Origin: Eukaryota sp. GEM-RC1
Lineage: Eukaryota
Assembly (NCBI GenBank): GCA_040285855.1
Contig: JAUFOQ010000013.1
Span: 1,240,001-1,304,000 of the forward strand
DNA length: 64,000 nt
Direction: 5' to 3'
Below the pieces are notes generated by a model. The model saw only the letters and a list, made by a program, of their open reading frames with translations, was not told the DNA's origin and did not search any database. A program made the position numbers and the translations under genes. How positions within the stretch are numbered: the stretch's first letter is position 1; every line of letters starts with the position of its first letter. Shown here piece after piece: positions 24,089 through 38,200 of this stretch.

Positions 24089-25313
24089 ATGTTGATAAAG
24101 CTCTTAGTTGTATTTGTCCACAACGATGATAGAACAGAATTCAGACTTCCTGAGCTAGAAGCAGTTGCTTCTATGTTCAATTCCCCCTATATTAGTGCAT
24201 ACACCTCCAGCATTTGAATGTCCTTATTCATGGATTTCTTTCCAGTCACTCGATATAGCTAAACAAATATGTAAAAGATGTGCATTGGTTCATACCATAA
24301 TTGATGTGTTCTACACTGCTTCAACTTGGCAATCTCTCTTAGACCAACTCAAACTTTCCAAGTCTTCAAATTCCCTCCATCCCACCTTAGCCACTGCAAT
24401 CTCCCATGGACAGTCTTTCAGATTCTCCCCTTCTGCTTGGAACAAGAACATTTCTGAAAAAGATCAAATCAAGTTAATGAAAGACATTGGTGACGCCATC
24501 AGTCCCATACACAGCACTGTCTCTCTTAAAAAATACAACTACGACCTGTGGATCTTCATCTTCAACCCAAAGCCTACTTCCTCTCTTCCCCCATGCTACT
24601 TCTTTGGAGAAGGTCTGGGTCCATCCCTACGTAAGGACATTGGTCTATATCGTCTTCCCAAGAGATCCTTTCTAGGTCCAACCTCTATGGACGCTGTCTT
24701 TTCCTTTGTCATGGCTAACCTCTGCAGAGTGACTCAGAATGACGTTGTTTTTGATCCCTTCATGGGTACAGCTTCCACTCTAATACCAGTCTACCACTTC
24801 AAGGCCATTCCTTTTGGCTCCGATCTCGATTCAAAAGTTCTCCTAACCCACCCCAAGACTCACCTTGGTCCTCTTTGCTACAAGAACTTTGACCAATACT
24901 TATTACCTCACCCTGACATCTATCAGGCTGATATCACGTTTCCATTCATTCGATCTAATACTCTAGACGCTGTTCTTACTGATCCTCCTTATGGAATAAG
25001 GGCTGGAGGAAGAGGGAAGACTAGGAAAAACGGTAATGGGACTAAGAATCAGAGAACAGGAGCTTATACCAATAGACTGGTTGATTTTGAGTGTTTAGAT
25101 CCGTTGGATTTAATCAGGACTATGCAGAAAAGTTGTTTTCCTTTGTTGAGGACAGGTAAACGACTCTGTTATTGGTTACCACAACCAGATTGTATCACTT
25201 TGGAACCCCCGGTTGAACCCGGGTATCAGGTGGTAGCTGATTGTCTTCAGCCATGTACGTCAGTTTTTAACCGGAGATTGATTGTTTTGGAGAAATTGAT
25301 TGATGATGTTTGA
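24089..25313 (+). CDS. TRM11: tRNA (guanine-10-N2) methyltransferase; frameshift ~24185
   Basis: EFRLPELEAV N-terminus, FLGPTSMDA, VFDPFMGTAS, DAVLTDPPYGIR. Confidence 0.88.
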
Positions 25314-25894
25314 TTAGTGCTTTGATTAGATGTTCTTTCTTTTTTGTAGTTTTAGTGTTGGAGAAACGTCTTGATTGATTAGTGATGTTTCTTTTAGATG
25401 TTATTACTTTATTTATTTTAGTTTGTTTTTTTTGCATTCCTAATTCGATTAATTTAAATCATTTCCAATTTAGAATTCGAATTCACGAATACTGCTACGC
25501 ATGTCTGTCAAAGAATTTCGATTCGGAGATGATCAATAATAGTAGCTTTCACAATCACATTGTTCATGCTGACAGTGAAGTGCTTTTTAGTACATTAATA
25601 AATTGAATTTTGGATCCACAGAATCATTTCATCTTATATTTTTACGATCAACCAATAAATATAAACCAGTGACTTGTTCCATTCCTAGATGCTTGTTACA
25701 GATTGGCTTTTAATGTGAGTATTACAAAATAACGAATAGCTTATAAATGTCATATTCTAATGGCAAGGTTTTTAATAGTGCTGTATGGTTTAATCGAATT
25801 ATGTTCGCTCTTTATAGAAGCATTCCCAAGTATTAAAGTTCCATTTATTCGATGTTGAATAGGGATAATTCTCGTTTTCCAAATTTTCCCCTGC

Positions 25895-26649
25895 ATGAAG
25901 GTTTTCCCGATTCCAATAGACACTAACTACTGTTACCTCTTACAGTCATCTGGTTCCTCTGAATGTTATGTAATAGATCCTACAGCAGGACCACCTGTTT
26001 TATCACGATTAAAAGAACTTTCTCTCAGACCCATTGGTATCATTGCTCTTCACCATCATCATGACCACATCTCTGGCATTCCTCTCCTTCTAGAACATTA
26101 CAATATCCCAGTGTACGTTCCCCAACATGATATTCACCACTTTCCATATCCAGTTGTTGGTCTCAGTGATGGTCAAATCATTGTCTTCAATGATATCACG
26201 CTAACCGTTCTACATACCCCAGGACATACCCAGGGTAGTTCCTGCTTATATGCTACTTCAAACGATGATCATGTTCTTTTCACTTCAGATAATCTATTTC
26301 ATTGTGGATGTGGGCGTTTGTTTGAAACAGCTGATCAACCTGAGACCATGTACAACTCACTACAACGTATTAAATCCCTTCCTTCCAGTACTCTGCTCTA
26401 CTTTGGACACGATTATGCCAAAAAGAATTTAGATTTCGCATTAATGATATATGAAGATGATGAAGTTAAACATCGATTGGAAACGTTACCCTCCTCAGCA
26501 AATGAAAGAAGTTGTTATCCACTTGGACGTGAACTTTGGATTAATCCTTTTTGAGAGTAGATGATTGTGAATTTAGGAGCATGGCTGTAGGTGAAGTTTC
26601 GGCTGTTGAAGCCTTTAGAAGGTTACGTGAACAGCGTAATCATTTTTGA
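25895..26649 (+). CDS. Hydroxyacylglutathione hydrolase (glyoxalase II); frameshift in T-run ~26550
   Basis: NYCYLL, HHHHDHISG, HTPGHT, DNLFHCGCGRLFE, YFGHDY, INPF(LR), FRRLREQRNHF*. Confidence 0.88.
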
Positions 26650-27893
26650 GTTTGTAAATATTTTTCTATTTTGTTCTCTATGAAGTATCTGACATTGACT
26701 TCTCTTACTGAAAAAATTGTATATATTTCAGGTTGTGACAAAGTCATTTACTCTGTCTATTGCCATTGTTATCCCCCAACTATGAAAATTTCAAAAATTG
26801 TTTCTTACGATTATTAATTCCATTGATTGAAAATTTCAGAGTTACTTCTGGTTTGGTTAATGAACTGAAGGATCTGATCATCCTTTTCACTTGTTTACTA
26901 TCATTGTTCCATAAATGACACAATCGATCCTTTATTCATCATTGTAACGCTCCAGGTACAAATTCTACTTCTGAAGACATACCTAGTATTATACAACTTT
27001 AGGAAACTCTTTGAAACAACTCCTAGTCTTGAGCACATACTTTCAAACAATCCTTTACGTATATTCGACGACCATATTGAGAGCAGCAGCGAAAAATATC
27101 TTATTGTTTTCTTAAAGTTTTTCTGGTATTCAACAATCAATATAGTGTTAAAGTTGATATCTTCCCTTACTTATTGTTTATCTTGAGTCAAGACAATAAA
27201 TATATCTTCAATAACAACAGTAGGTAATCGCTAAGAATGAGAAGTTCCTCAAATTCGTCGTCTGAAGCCTTGTTGAGGTGTGGGGTTCATTAATTAGATT
27301 TTTCCAATAGATTATTGAACCCACAGATCAACGTTGTACAACAAGAAAAGAAGTTTTTCTAACGCTTCTGAACTCAGATTTGGTTTAATGTTTCCTGAAG
27401 TCCTTTTAACTTTACAGAAGAGCTGCTCTACTTCATTGCTAGTTGCAAATATTCAACTTAAATCTATACATTTTTGACGTTCACAGATTCGTTGCTGTTA
27501 AAGTTTGTTCAATCTTGTATTTTAGTCATCGTGACTGAATGGCTTACCTTTCATCGGAGTTTAAAGGCTACAACTCAAATTCTTCTCTGCTTGATTCAGA
27601 TTTGCCACTACTTTAAATGAAGATAAATTAAATTAAACTGATGTTACAAAAAAACATAACACATATTAGATCGATTGCTTGCACTTTTGATTACACTCTG
27701 GATGAATGTTGTAATAAATTTCATTTTGTACAAACAGTAGCTTAATTTTGTGATCTTAGCCACTATAGTTGTTATTAAGAGAATGGAAATTCTCACCTAC
27801 CTTAAACATGAACTGAAACCATATTCTGTAATCCGAAAAAATCCGTCTGCATGTATATAGTAACCCACAAAATCAATTTCCAAATTGTAAAAA

Positions 27894-27965
27894 TGCGATT
27901 GCCTGGAATCGAACCAGGATATCATCGGCCACAACGATGTGTACTGACCATTATACTACAATCGC
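27894..27965 (-). tRNA. tRNA-His(GTG)
   Basis: GCGATTG/CAATCGC acceptor, CATCG-TT[GTG]GC-CGATG anticodon arm, CCTGG-TTCGATT-CCAGG T arm. Confidence 0.93.
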
Positions 27966-28666
27966 AGACAAATTTACATGTTCCCAAGTATTACTTAACA
28001 ATTTCCTTCGACGGTTGACATTAAAAGAAACAACATGGAAAGATTTTTAGAACTACTGTGTTCCGACTTTAGCAGAAGGGAACAGCAGCGCTTTGTAGTA
28101 ACTAAAGTAATTGTAGTGTAGTACATTGGAGAGATGACAGGTGGAGTAAATGATTTCCAACCGTTGTCAAACAGAACGTTAGTAATTGCGCAACATACAG
28201 AGACACCGAGAAGACAACAACAATAGTATTTCGCAATGGCAAGAAATGGGGTGCATCATCAACAAAGGAGAATTTCGTGTAGCTGTGTTCTGTTCTAAAA
28301 CAACCAAAAGATACCGAGACAAGTACAGCAAAGGCATATCAATGTAACGATTTTGAAGAAGAATGTAGAAAAATGCAGAACATATTGGAACCAACTAAAA
28401 TCAAGATGATGTTCTCATGAATACGTGCCTGTTTTGTTTTCAACTCAGATAACAGAGACGGACTATATAATGGTGATTGCAGAAATCAAATCAAATGTCC
28501 TAACAATTCCAATGGGAATAGAAAACTTGTCACATAAGTGTTAGGTAGAACAGTGATGAAGACAGAGGGTAACCAGGAAACGGGCATAGGTGGTTATATG
28601 TAAGTAGCTGTGAGAGATTGTTCTTGTGAAAAAAAATTCTATTTTCAAATACTTTACTTACAAATG

Positions 28667-29248
28667 CAAACTTCTTGGAGTGAAGGGCCAATAATATTTA
28701 CGTCGGGGTCTGTCCCTTCTGTGTTCACACATATTCTAAGCAAGCAGAAAGTTCGAGATTTACAAGAGTTTGAACGTGTCGTAGCAAAACCATTACCTTC
28801 AGAAATACTTTTACCCTTTACTAAATCTGCCAAACGCACATTGGACTCAACATACATCAAGGATCCACCCGTTGCTCCTTTGGTGACAGAAATAAATACT
28901 CCTCCCCTAAAACAAAAGAGGAATTCATATATTTCTCCATCATCTCCAACTCTCTGTAAACACATTGAATGTCTCAACATGCTTCCGTCTGGTGTCCGGG
29001 GTCCCTTTTGTAACGATAAGTGCAAGTACAGACGCAACAACCTTCGCGGAGGGCGGGTGAAACCCAAAGAGAGGCAGATTTTCCTACATCAAGTTCTTTG
29101 TCGGCTGTTAGACCTCAATGTCGAAGGATCTCCTAGTGTGTGCTTTGATCTCTTGCGGGATATTCCGAGCACTCTTTACGAGAGTTTTGCTGTTGATGAA
29201 GCTGTTTTATTTGGCGAAGAACAATTCCGTAAACTTGGACTGTTGTAG
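28667..29248 (+). CDS. Hypothetical protein with Cys cluster
   Basis: Open ORF with CKHIEC..FCNDKC. Confidence 0.5.
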   Translation, partial: QTSWSEGPIIFTSGSVPSVFTHILSKQKVRDLQEFERVVAKPLPSEILLPFTKSAKRTLDSTYIKDPPVAPLVTEINTPPLKQKRNSYISPSSPTLCKHIECLNMLPSGVRGPFCNDKCKYRRNNLRGGRVKPKERQIFLHQVLCRLLDLNVEGSPSVCFDLLRDIPSTLYESFAVDEAVLFGEEQFRKLGLL

Positions 29249-30006
29249 TAGTGCTTTTTGCGATGCTTTCTCTTCATTTCGCCAGCCCGTTTCGTATCGC
29301 CTAGCCTTCACCATATGCTCACATGGTATCTTCTGGTAGGCTGTATACAAATATGCTACTTGATAACTGCTTATTTTATCCTTGTTGTTACAATATTAAA
29401 GCATGATAAGCACTTTATAAATATTAGATCAATTAGTTTGACTGGGTGTGGAAGATTTTATTGGTCTGAATAAACTCTGATCTTCAGCTGATTCAAATAC
29501 TTATATGCTAGCTTCATCTATTCAGAGTCGAGATGTTCCATTAAACAACTAATTCCAGTCACAAATGAAAATGATTCATGTGAGTGTACGGTATGACAAG
29601 AACTCAAAAACACTAAAAACTTATCGCATTTTTCTATTACAATTACAATTTTACAACAAACACTGCTTTAGTAAGGGAACTCGTCAGTACTGATTATACC
29701 ATGGTCCAAAACATGTGAGACATTTATGTCCAAAAGAGCCAAAATTGTCGTAATGTATTATGGGTAAAAATGCAATTTATTGTCTACGTGTTCCAATCAA
29801 TTTCATGTAATAATGTTGCAAAAGAGGTCTTTAAATAGTGGAAGAATGAATGTAGTGGATAATTTTCTTAGAAAAACATCCATTTTACTAGTATAACACG
29901 AGTTGAATAGGAAAAAACCTCCGAAAATTTGCAATCATTGTTTGAGAAAAAACTTAGAATACAGAATAAATAATTTAATACATAACAACATTAATTTTGA
30001 ATAATG

Positions 30007-32694
30007 CTAGGCCAAAAGAGTTCTATACAATGTTGAATCCGGAAACATTTCCCTATAAAATTCAGATTCACCAATCAAAATTGATTCCACATCAACCTTC
30101 TTAATTGAGACCAACTCCATCAAAACCGATCGACACTCATCAGCAACTTCCTCATTCGAATCATGTGCATAAACATACAGATTTCGAACCAAACTACTAA
30201 AATCAGAAACAAAGAATCCCCCCAAAGGTCGACTTAGCTTTCTGTACCTCTCTTCAGTTTCCTTGCCCTCGGTCAACTCTCTTTCGTCCTTCATCTGAGA
30301 CGTGGACTTTGGAAGAGAGGACTGGAGCGAGTGCAGGTAAATGATGGCTTTCTTAAAGGGACGGAGAGAAGCGATTCTGATTGATTGCTTGGTGTCAGAA
30401 AGAAGTTGTGATAGTGATTGGGCAATCTCAATGATGACGGGAACAACTGCCTCATCTGGAACCGTGATTAAAGAAGAGATCAAAAAGTCACAAATGTCGA
30501 TAGCAACAAACCGGCACTCAACGTTTTCATTAGAAACAATACAAGAACAAAAAGGCGTTATAAACAAAGGAATAGCAACTGACAAATCTACAAAAGGCAG
30601 AATCTTCTTAAGCAAAGAACACGCAACACTTCTAACTCGGATAAAAGATGCACCTCGACGCCAATAGAAAGATGAAGAAATAGCCTTTGATAAAACGTCA
30701 TGATACTCATCAGCTGAGGGAAACGTCTCTGAAAAGGAAGAAGTAATAACAAAGATAGTAACTGATATCGAAGGTCACCTTCAGATTCTTCTTCTTCTGA
30801 TAGTACGGATGATAGATCTCGAGAAAGCCGCGCTGTAACAAGAGAGACGAGCAAAGAGAGATCAGTGGGAGCAATGTCCTTAGTGGTTTGGAAGCAAGGA
30901 GTGGAGAAGATGAAGTGATTGGAAGGAGCTGATGGAAGTGGGGTTTAGTAGGTGAGAGAAAGAGAAAGAGAGGAATTTGGTAGACATTGGAACTGAGACT
31001 AGTTGAGTGAACGCGGAAGTGAAAGAAGGGAATGTATGTTTGAAATGTAACGAAATTTTGAAAAAGAGCAAATATTTCGATATTTAGAAATATCATCCAC
31101 ATCAATCAACACGTGATTTACCTTCAACGCCAATATTTTAAACACGTCAACAACGCTCTCAGCATAAGCATCATCAGTTCCAAGAGAAAAGAAGAAATCA
31201 GTAGAGTATAATTCAAAAGAGAATTCAAAAGAGTTTCAACATGGTCCATTGAGGGAATCACTAGAGTGTTTAAAAACACTGCAAGGAATTCAAAAGTTTC
31301 TTTAATACAGATCAATGACTCGGGTAAGGTGTTGAGAGAAAGAGCAAATGATTTTGAATCAGTTACTTTGCCGATTAGACCGACACAATCAATCACTGAT
31401 CTCTTCCCATCATTTGAGCTGTTCTTTAGATAGACGATTAAGGAAGGAATTAGTTTAGGAAGTCTTCCAATCACGAGTTCTTCTCCAATCAAAACAGTCG
31501 AAATCAATCCCTTTGATACTGAAACCAGAGTTGAATCATCAACAGTGTTAGTGAAAGAACCAAAGTAATCGAGCAGAGAATTGATAAAAGAGCGGCAAAA
31601 AACAAAACTGGAGGATGAAAGTGACGAAATACATGTCACATTGGAAAAATTTAAATTTTCCAATTTTTTCAAATAGAGTTCTTCTCCATGTCGAGCTTTG
31701 TCCTTGCAAATATCAGGAAATAACTCTTCATAGCGACTTCCAACACTATCAATGATTTTGATTGCTTCATTTCTGACCTCCTCCACGTCATCACTCAGAC
31801 CAATCATAATCACAGAAAGAAGCTCAGCACAAACGTCACGCCAATTAGGTAAAGCCAATAACATTCTTCCTGCAATATTAACAACAGACTTACGAACCAA
31901 TGGAGAAAAATCTTCAATTCCATTGGTGACGTGACCAATCCAATCAGCAGAGACTTTATGAGCTCCACCAATGACAATAAACAAAAGCGACGTGTAGAGA
32001 TAACACCGAGTGACTTGATGACCTTTCATTTTGATTGCTGACGTGATGGCAGTCAGAATAGGCTCAGAATACTCACAAAGAGGACTAGCTTCATAGAAAC
32101 CATCATCTTCGTAATATCCCTTGCCCATGTCAGAGTCATTGATCCTGTGGGTAGAGAGAGTGTACATGAAGAGGGGGAGTAACTTGGAAGCAGTGAGTCG
32201 AGCATTTGGAAATGAATCACAGAGAGAGGAAGAGATGGCAGCAGCAAAGGCAGGAACAAATGGAAGAAGGAGGGAGGGACCAATGTTGCCGTGGTTTTGG
32301 ATGGCTGAAAGTATGTTAGAGAGGAGAGTCAGGGTAGCAAGACGCGTTTCTTCGACTGGTTCAATAAAAGACTTTTTAGAACGACAAATGTTGGTGAGAA
32401 GGGGGTTAGGAGGTAATGGATGTGAGCAGATAGGTCTCCACATCCAGAAGAAATGAGATGATCAAGGAGGGTGACAGAGTTGAGACGAAAATAGTCCTCA
32501 TATATAGGGATATTTTCATCTGAGAGAGACAATAACTTACATAGAGTCGGAGCTACATTAACAAATAAAGTAATTCGAGAAGATGCAGAAGATTCGAGAA
32601 TCTTTGCTGAGAGTTGCTTGAAAGATCTTAGCCGTTTGCCATAAGATACAGAAGAGTCTAACAAGAGGGAATGTTGTTCTTGTACAATGGACAT
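30007..32694 (-). CDS. DNAAF5: HEAT-repeat dynein axonemal assembly factor 5-like (several frameshifts)
   Basis: EPVEETRL, DFSPLVRKSV...LLALPNW...IGLSDDVEEVR..A...DSVGSRYE; HEAT repeats over five ORF pieces. Confidence 0.65.
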
Positions 32695-32769
32695 TGAGAA
32701 GTTGAAGTCTGACGAAATCTCTTCACTTATTGGCTTTACAGTTTCTTCTTTTTGCACCCTATTTTCCCC

Positions 32770-35120
32770 ATGACTTTCCTTGCTCGAAATCTTCCTCAGT
32801 CTATATGGACTAAGCTTCCCAAAAGTGAACTTCACTGTCATCTTGATGGTAGTATGCGCGTGGAAACAGTCATCGAACTAGCTGAAATGTATGACGTCTC
32901 CATTCCTACAACTGACGTTGAAGAACTCCGCAACTACCTCACTGTTCCCTTTGAATGTCTCAGTTTAATCGACTATCTCAAAGGCTTTGCTGTCACTTGC
33001 TCAGTTCTCCAAAACGCATATGCTCTTAAACGAACAACCTACGAAATCTGTGAAGATGCTGCTAAAGACGGAGTCCGATACCTCGAAATCCGCTTTGCCC
33101 CTTCACTTCACACTCAAAAGAACCTCTCCGCCACTGGAGCCGTGGACGCTGTCTGTGCTGGAGCCATGCTAGCTGAACACAAGCTTCCCATTACTGTTAG
33201 AATCATTGTCTGTGCTATGCGTCATGAATCTTCCTCTCTAGCTTTGGCCATTGCTGAGATTGCCTGGAGGTACCGTAATCGTGGTGTAGTTGGATTTGAT
33301 CTTGCTGGTCCCGAAGATGGTTTTCCTCCAGCTAATCACAAGGAAGCCTATGATATCATTAGAAGTAGAGGTCTCAACGTAACCGTACACGCTGCTGAAG
33401 CTAGTGGCTGGGAAAGTGCACGTGATGCGATGTTGTATTGTGGAGCTAAGAGGCTCGGGCATGGAGTTCGAATTCAGGAGAATCCAGAGTTTGCATCATT
33501 TGTGGCAACTTCTAACGTGTTGTTGGAGGTGTGTCCAACTTCTAATGTTCAGACTAAGTCGATTAAAGAACTGGAAGATCATCCTTTTTAAAATATCTTA
33601 GAATGGGGGTTCCCGTGTCTATCTGTACTGACAATACCCTAATGAGTGGGGTTAAACTTTCCTCTGAGTTGAAGTTAGTTGCAGATACTTTTGATTTGAC
33701 CTTAAATGAGCTAGTTGAGATGCTGTACCATGGTTTTTCTGCTGCTTTTGTTAATCCTTTGAGAAGAGATGTTCTAAGAGAAGAAGCCCTGATGAACTTG
33801 TTAGAGTTGTTGAGAGGTTTAGTGACGGAGGGAAGTTTAGAGAATGAGCATTTGGAAGAGGTGTTTGTGAAGTTGTCATCATTGGAGGGTGGATATGAAA
33901 TTGTTAAGAAATTTAAAGAATCAGAGGCCAGTTATATCAAAAACCAGAAAATTTTAAATATTTCAGCTGACGTCATCCAATCACTTCCCAAAGCCGACCT
34001 TCATTGTCGATTGATTGGAAGTGTTCCCCTAGATGTAATGTGGAAGGAAGTCGAGCTCTTAGAAGAAAACACTGATGAATACAACATCTTTTGCACTTCC
34101 CTCGAAGACACTGCACTCGTAGAAGTCTCTTCTTACCACTCTTTTGCTTCTTTGTTATTTCCTGAGAGACGTACTAACAGAGGGTATGAAAGGGCTAAGA
34201 ACATTTGTGCAGCTTTGTTGCGTAGTCCAGCACAAATTAAAAGAGGAGTTGCCGCTGTTTTACAGAGAGCGATTGATGATAATATTGTTTATTTGGAACT
34301 TGTGGTTCAACCTCATTTTCACACGTCTTCGATACTTTCCACTTTTGATTCAGTGATTACGACTATCAATCAAGCCATTGAGGAAGAATTAGAAGTCCTA
34401 AAGAAAACTTCTAATGCTATCCCAATTGTTCACATTGTTATTGCTTCCAGAATCAACACAGATTCCCTAGAAGTCACTAGAGGTCTCGCAGCTGCTGCCA
34501 TTCGAGCCAAAAAGACACAGCCTAGAGTTATTGGATTCGGAGCATACGGAGGTGAGATTAGTGTGGCAATGTTCAAGAATGGATATGCTGAAGTGTTTAG
34601 ATCTCTACAAGAGAACTTTCTACGTTTGTATGTTTCTGCAGGAGTAAAAGATCCTTGTAGTATCCTACCAGCCCTCACTGCTTCAGCCAATCGACTGTCA
34701 TGTTGCTATTCTCTTCACAAGAAACCTGCTTTAATCGAGTCATTGGCATTGCATCGGAACAAGATTGCTTTAGAAATGACACAATCTAATAACTTTATGG
34801 ATTATACTTCTGAAACCAAGAGTTTCTCTGAGAATGTTATTAGGTTTTACTTAGAGAATGGTGTTTCTATAGCTATTGTATCTATTAATAGCTTGATGTC
34901 TGGTACTTTTACTGAAGCACGAGATAGTAGCTTGTCGAAAACGATTGCAAAGCTTGTTACTGATGCTGGTTTGACTTTGGAAGACTTGTTTAAGTTGCTT
35001 GATTGTTCTATTAGGTCAGCCAAGGTTGAGTCTAATGTACAGGAAAAGCTTTTACAGTCACTATCAAAGGCTTTTGATTCTCTCTACTGTGAATTTCATT
35101 CCAAATGCATAAGGGCATAA
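32770..35120 (+). CDS. Adenosine deaminase, tandem two-domain (second domain degenerate); frameshift ~33588
   Basis: Domain 1: LPKSELHCHLDGS, GFDLAGPE, TVHAAE, RLGHG, EVCPTSN, ICTDN. Domain 2: LPKADLHCRLIGS lacks most metal ligands. Confidence 0.9.
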
Positions 35121-35222
35121 CCCTTCACATTTTCATGATCTCATAGAGCAAAACCCACAGTTTGAACAAATAAATGTCCTCATTCGCAAAGTCTTTTAAA
35201 ACGAGCTAACTTCATAGATTCA
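35108..35222 (-). ncRNA. Candidate Fanzor omegaRNA scaffold / element right end
   Basis: Directly 3' of the Fanzor stop. Sense strand can form CUCGUU/AAUGAG, GGACA/UGUUC and terminal AAGGG-UUAUG-CCCUU hairpins. Assignment rests on position only. Confidence 0.4.
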
Positions 35223-38200
35223 AGATTCCTGATCTTTCTGGTTTACGTGTGAGTCCTTGGGTACATCTTTCTTAGGGTTATTTGGACAAGTTGTTTTGTT
35301 ATGTCCAGGTTGAGAACATATACGACACTTGTTAGGACCTCTGACAGTTGTTGGAGGACGTTTTGCCTTACCCTTACCCTTACTCACAGTCTTTTTCTTA
35401 GGAATCTGATCTGCATTCCCGCCATCCACGACAGGTGTTGTTTTAGATTTTGGTCTCTCGAGGATGGCAGGTCTACCTTGACCTTGAATGGTTCCATTTA
35501 CAATATTGTAAATATTGATAGCAGAGTTGAAGTCTCTATTCCAGAGGACATGACATTTAGCACATTCAACTAAGCCCCATGGTGAGACTTTGTTGTTCTT
35601 CAATCTTTCTTTCGAAAATGGCAACTGGTCTGTCCATTCTTTTCAAAGTTACGCTCCACAATATTGTCTAATTGATTGTGTTCCATAATTTCCTTTTTAA
35701 TTCTTTCTCTTCCTTCTGTAACTTCTTCTTCCAATGAGGATCTGTGACTTTTATCCTTTCAGGATTGGAACAGATACCTTCGTCGTTTCTGGAAACACAT
35801 GCAGAGCAACATTTGCTGGTCTTAAATTCATCAACTAGGAACACTTTAAATCCAAATTTTCTTAATAATATCCGAATTGAAGCACCTTTTACAGTAGATG
35901 CTTTACCTCTTCTTCGACGAAAAGCAGTGTCGTTCCAGTCTCCATACCCAACAACGACTTCATCTGGGTTTCCAAACTGGAGAGCAAATCTGTGAAGCAT
36001 GTTTTTCTCACTTCGTTCCTTTCTTGAATACTGTGTGAGACGATTCCTCCTAAACCACTTTTCTTCGTAAATTCCTTCAGTAGTTCTTTGATCAGTAGTG
36101 GGTGATCGTAATAAAGAACAGGTAATTTCTTTACCAAGAACAAAATCAGAATACTGAGTCAAATCACAAGATCTACTGCCTGGCGAGTTAGAGCCCCATT
36201 GATCTAAAATTTGTTGCCCATTTATGTCAATGCGTCTGCCATCTGGAATGTGAATAAATTGAGTAGAATACTGTTGTAACCGTTCGGATTCAGATAAACG
36301 GTGGAGATTGTATCGTCTTATTTTCTTCTCCAGCTTCCTCTTCTTTCTCTTAGCTCTTTTTCTTTCCTTCCTTGTTTTTTTCTTTTCCATGGAGACTTTT
36401 TAATATCGGCATTGCGTTCCCCAGCAGTGTATCTGAATACTTTCCAATTGTCTCGATTTTTCAACTTGACAGTTGATGGTTTGTCAATAGTAGGTGCGTC
36501 TTTCCAATCCTTCAATTCCTTTTTTAATTTTTTCAAGCTTCCTTTTTTCTTTGACGATTTTGGACAAATCTTTCTTCTTCTGAGATTGGCTGATGCATCG
36601 AAACCTTCGATTTTCTTTTCCTCCTTAGATTTTAAAGAAGCACAATACATCAAATCATGCTGATTAGGATCAATAGCAACAATTCTTTTTGATTTCAAAT
36701 TTAAGTTTTGAATTTCTGTGGAACTCAAAGAATCAATGTACCTTTCAGTAGCTGTGTAGTCAACAGCTTTCACCTTCTTATGAGGATTTCCTCTCCCATC
36801 AAGCAGATCTTTCCGCATCATCATTAAATTACAGCTAACTCCATCTGTAGAAATAGAACTGTATTTGAAGTCATGAGACAATGACTTTGGAAGACACTTT
36901 GGTTTCAAAACTGAGTGCCAAATATCTTTTCGAACGTCATCAAAGCTACCTTTAATTTCTGATGCATAAACTTTTTTAAACCATGTAGTATCCAATCTGA
37001 TATGATTAGGAATCAATGATTTTGTCAGAGGAAAAGGATTATTGGCAGTAACACCAGTACAAGAGTCTTCAACAAGACGTTTCAAATACACTGCATGACT
37101 TAAGAATTTCAAAGGATCTACTTTTTCAGCATAATAGATTGTTTTCTCCATTTTACCTTCAAAAAAAGTAAACAAATAATTAAAAAATAGTAAACTCAGT
37201 CTAGAATTGGGATCAGGAAACACTTCAACATCTTGAAAATTAATTTTTGAAATTTCCCCATTAATGATCAACTGTCTGACTTCATTAAGCTTTGTACACA
37301 ACTCTTGTCGTTGATTCTTATCAGTAAGCTTGTTAAGTCTATCTTTTTCAGGGTAACCAAATTAAATACTTGAAAAACATATTCGTGAAAGTGTTCACTC
37401 ATGTTATTCTTGTAATTTGTAATAATTTCTGTAGCCATGTAATGCAATATAGGAGATAAACGATGGCTACTGGGAAACACAATCCTATCAAGTCCAACGG
37501 AATCAGCAGCTAGTTCTAAACGAGGAATGTAATGCATCAAGAAATGTTGAGCAAACTGATTTTGAGTTGAGCCATCATTTGTGTTAGAAATTATGTTTGT
37601 TAACGATTCTTGTACAGTCCTAATATGATTCTGATTGTTTACAAGTCTTTCGTCCCTAATCGTCATCATAGACAACACTTGTTCCATTGATTTCAACGTA
37701 AAAAAATTCTTCCAGTTTGGCAATTCAATTTTGGTGGTTTGAATTCTAGTCCAAAGGTCAGGTTCAGGTTCACCACTCACATCTTCAATATTTTCTACTT
37801 TAACGGGAGGAGCAGTAGCATCGATAGACTCTGAATGTACATCTGTTTCTTCATCAGTTGACTCATCTGTATCAGAATTCATTTCTTCCTTAACAGTTAC
37901 ATTTGGAACAGTAGCAGGCAGCAACTTCTGAATGTAACCTAAAATACCAGAATGTTGAAAATTATGAACACAAAAATGTTTCAAAAAGAGAGTACTACGG
38001 ACTCTTACTTGGTGAGCTCTCTTAACACGAGATTCAATAAATTTAACCTTCGCTTTGGATACAACATTGTCCAGTCGTTTCTTAACCACTTTCATTGGTG
38101 ACTTTGAACGTAATGTTTGTTTTTTGGGATCCAATAGGTCAGCCAACAAGTACTCAATCAGAGGTAATTGTTGAATTGAGTTTATCAACAATAGCGGTCT

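Noticed and set aside
448..35120. Programmed frameshifting or mass pseudogenisation to explain split genes
   Set aside because: Breaks fall mostly in homopolymers and hit conserved housekeeping genes (TRM11, glyoxalase II, ADA, PKA-C), which is typical of long-read consensus error.
35108..35135. Terminal inverted repeat partner for the Fanzor element end
   Set aside because: Only 9-10 nt matches (gaagggtta near 6885 and 50696), expected by chance; no TSD identified.
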